Assembly (NCBI GenBank): GCA_963822945.1
Contig: CAWGJO010000020.1
Location: 32,001 to 96,000 of the forward strand
Direction: 5' to 3'
DNA: 64,000 nucleotides
Origin: an uncultured Gemmatimonadaceae bacterium
Lineage (GTDB): Bacteria; Gemmatimonadota; Gemmatimonadetes; Gemmatimonadales; Gemmatimonadaceae
Under the pieces are notes generated by a model, which saw only the letters and a program-made list of their open reading frames with translations, made no database searches and was not told the DNA's origin. The position numbers were made by a program, and so were the translations under genes. Shown here piece after piece: positions 63,306 to 64,000 of this stretch (position 1 is the stretch's first letter; each line of letters starts with the position of its first letter).

Positions 63306-63378
63306 AGCTGACGGCGAGAATCGAACTCGCAACCGCCTGATTACAAATCAGGTGCTCTGCCAATTGAGCTACGTCAGC
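63306..63378 (-). tRNA. tRNA-Thr(TGT)
   Basis: Acceptor GCTGACG/CGTCAGC, anticodon arm CCTGA-TTTGTAA-TCAGG, GTTCGAT; CCA not encoded. Confidence 0.96.
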
Positions 63379-63405
63379 AACCGGGCAGTTTTGCGCGAGA
63401 CTCGT

Positions 63406-63434
63406 AGGATACCAGAGCGCATTTCAAGTGTCAA
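63406..63434 (-). promoter_or_regulatory. Sigma70 promoter of the tRNA/rpmG-secE-nusG operon
   Basis: TTGACA-N17-TATCCT with extended -10 TG, 28 nt upstream of first tRNA. Confidence 0.8.
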
Positions 63435-63528
63435 GCCGCACAGCGAAGCACACTTACGACCGTCCACCTCGCGCCCCGCCAATCCGGACCTCCAGAAACG
63501 CAAATCCGACCCGAAACAAAGGTTTCTC

Positions 63529-64000
63529 CTAGCCCACCCGCTTCCACTTCGTGCCCGACGGCGTATCCTCGATCGCGATCCCGCGCCCCGTCAACTCCGC
63601 CCGGATCCGATCCGCCTCCCCGAAGTCCCGACGGCCCCGCGCCTCCTGACGCGCCCCCAACCGCTCCTCCACCCACTTCACGAGCTCCGGATCCTCCACC
63701 GTCCGATCCGGGATCAGATCCAACACCCCGTTCATCCGCTCGAACGCCGACCGCGCCGCCGCCAGCCCGGCGGCGTCCTGCCCACGGCGATCCAGCTCGG
63801 CGTTTGCCGCATTGATGAAAGTGAACAGCGCCCCCGTCGCCTTCGGAGCATTGAGGTCGTCGAACAACGCCGCCTCGAACGCCACTTCCGCGTCGCGCGC
63901 CACCGCCGCCAGCGCCGGCGTCCCGCCCTCGGCCTGCGCCAGCCGCTCCGCGAAGTCGCCCACGCGCCGCACGGCCTCGGCGCTGGCCTCCAGCGCCTCG
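63529..64000 (-). CDS. cysS: Cysteine--tRNA ligase, C-terminal part; 5' truncated by window edge
   Basis: FEAALFDDLNAPKA and RQEARGRRDFGEADRIRAELTGRGIAIEDTPSGTKW match CysRS DALR/anticodon domains. Confidence 0.9.
   Translation of the reverse strand, partial: EALEASAEAVRRVGDFAERLAQAEGGTPALAAVARDAEVAFEAALFDDLNAPKATGALFTFINAANAELDRRGQDAAGLAAARSAFERMNGVLDLIPDRTVEDPELVKWVEERLGARQEARGRRDFGEADRIRAELTGRGIAIEDTPSGTKWKRVG

Noticed and set aside
62853..63378. Integrative element or prophage at the tRNA genes
   Set aside because: No integrase, no duplicated tRNA 3' end, and flanks are core genes.

Overview
High-GC bacterial chromosomal window of mostly core housekeeping genes, nearly all on the minus strand. 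The lineage is most plausibly Gemmatimonadota, inferred from gene order and protein signatures and not proven. The right half (about 28.5-64 kb) is the translation/transcription supercluster: cysS 3' end, tRNA-Thr/Tyr/Gly/Thr, rpmG-secE-nusG-rplKAJL-rpoBC-rpsLG, then fusA-tuf, the S10 and spc operons, secY-adk-map. Three rearrangements stand out. A three-gene block of about 4.1 kb (SARP/BTAD-TPR regulator, ScyD/ScyE-type lipoprotein, small beta-barrel protein) separates rpsG from fusA. There is no tuf or tRNA-Trp beside the tRNA cluster. The infA/rpmJ/alpha operon does not follow map. The left half holds mixed metabolic and regulatory genes (ccdA, TIGR00300 cyclodeaminase-like, priA, dipeptide epimerase, glyQS, YpdA-type reductase, purA, PilT-family ATPase, trpS, inositol monophosphatase, FTCD, peptidases). 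The best candidate for an undescribed system is at about 6.6-10.7 kb: a translationally coupled trio of a GAF histidine-kinase-like protein lacking its phosphoacceptor His, a small unknown protein and a strongly ubiquitin-like protein without a C-terminal GG, followed by an HDAC-family deacetylase and a zinc-ribbon Ser/Thr kinase. Five frameshifts in conserved genes (ccdA, purA, rpsE, rplE, rpoC) look like indel sequencing errors, so single-residue claims need read-level confirmation. No CRISPR array, rRNA, integrase or transposase was seen.
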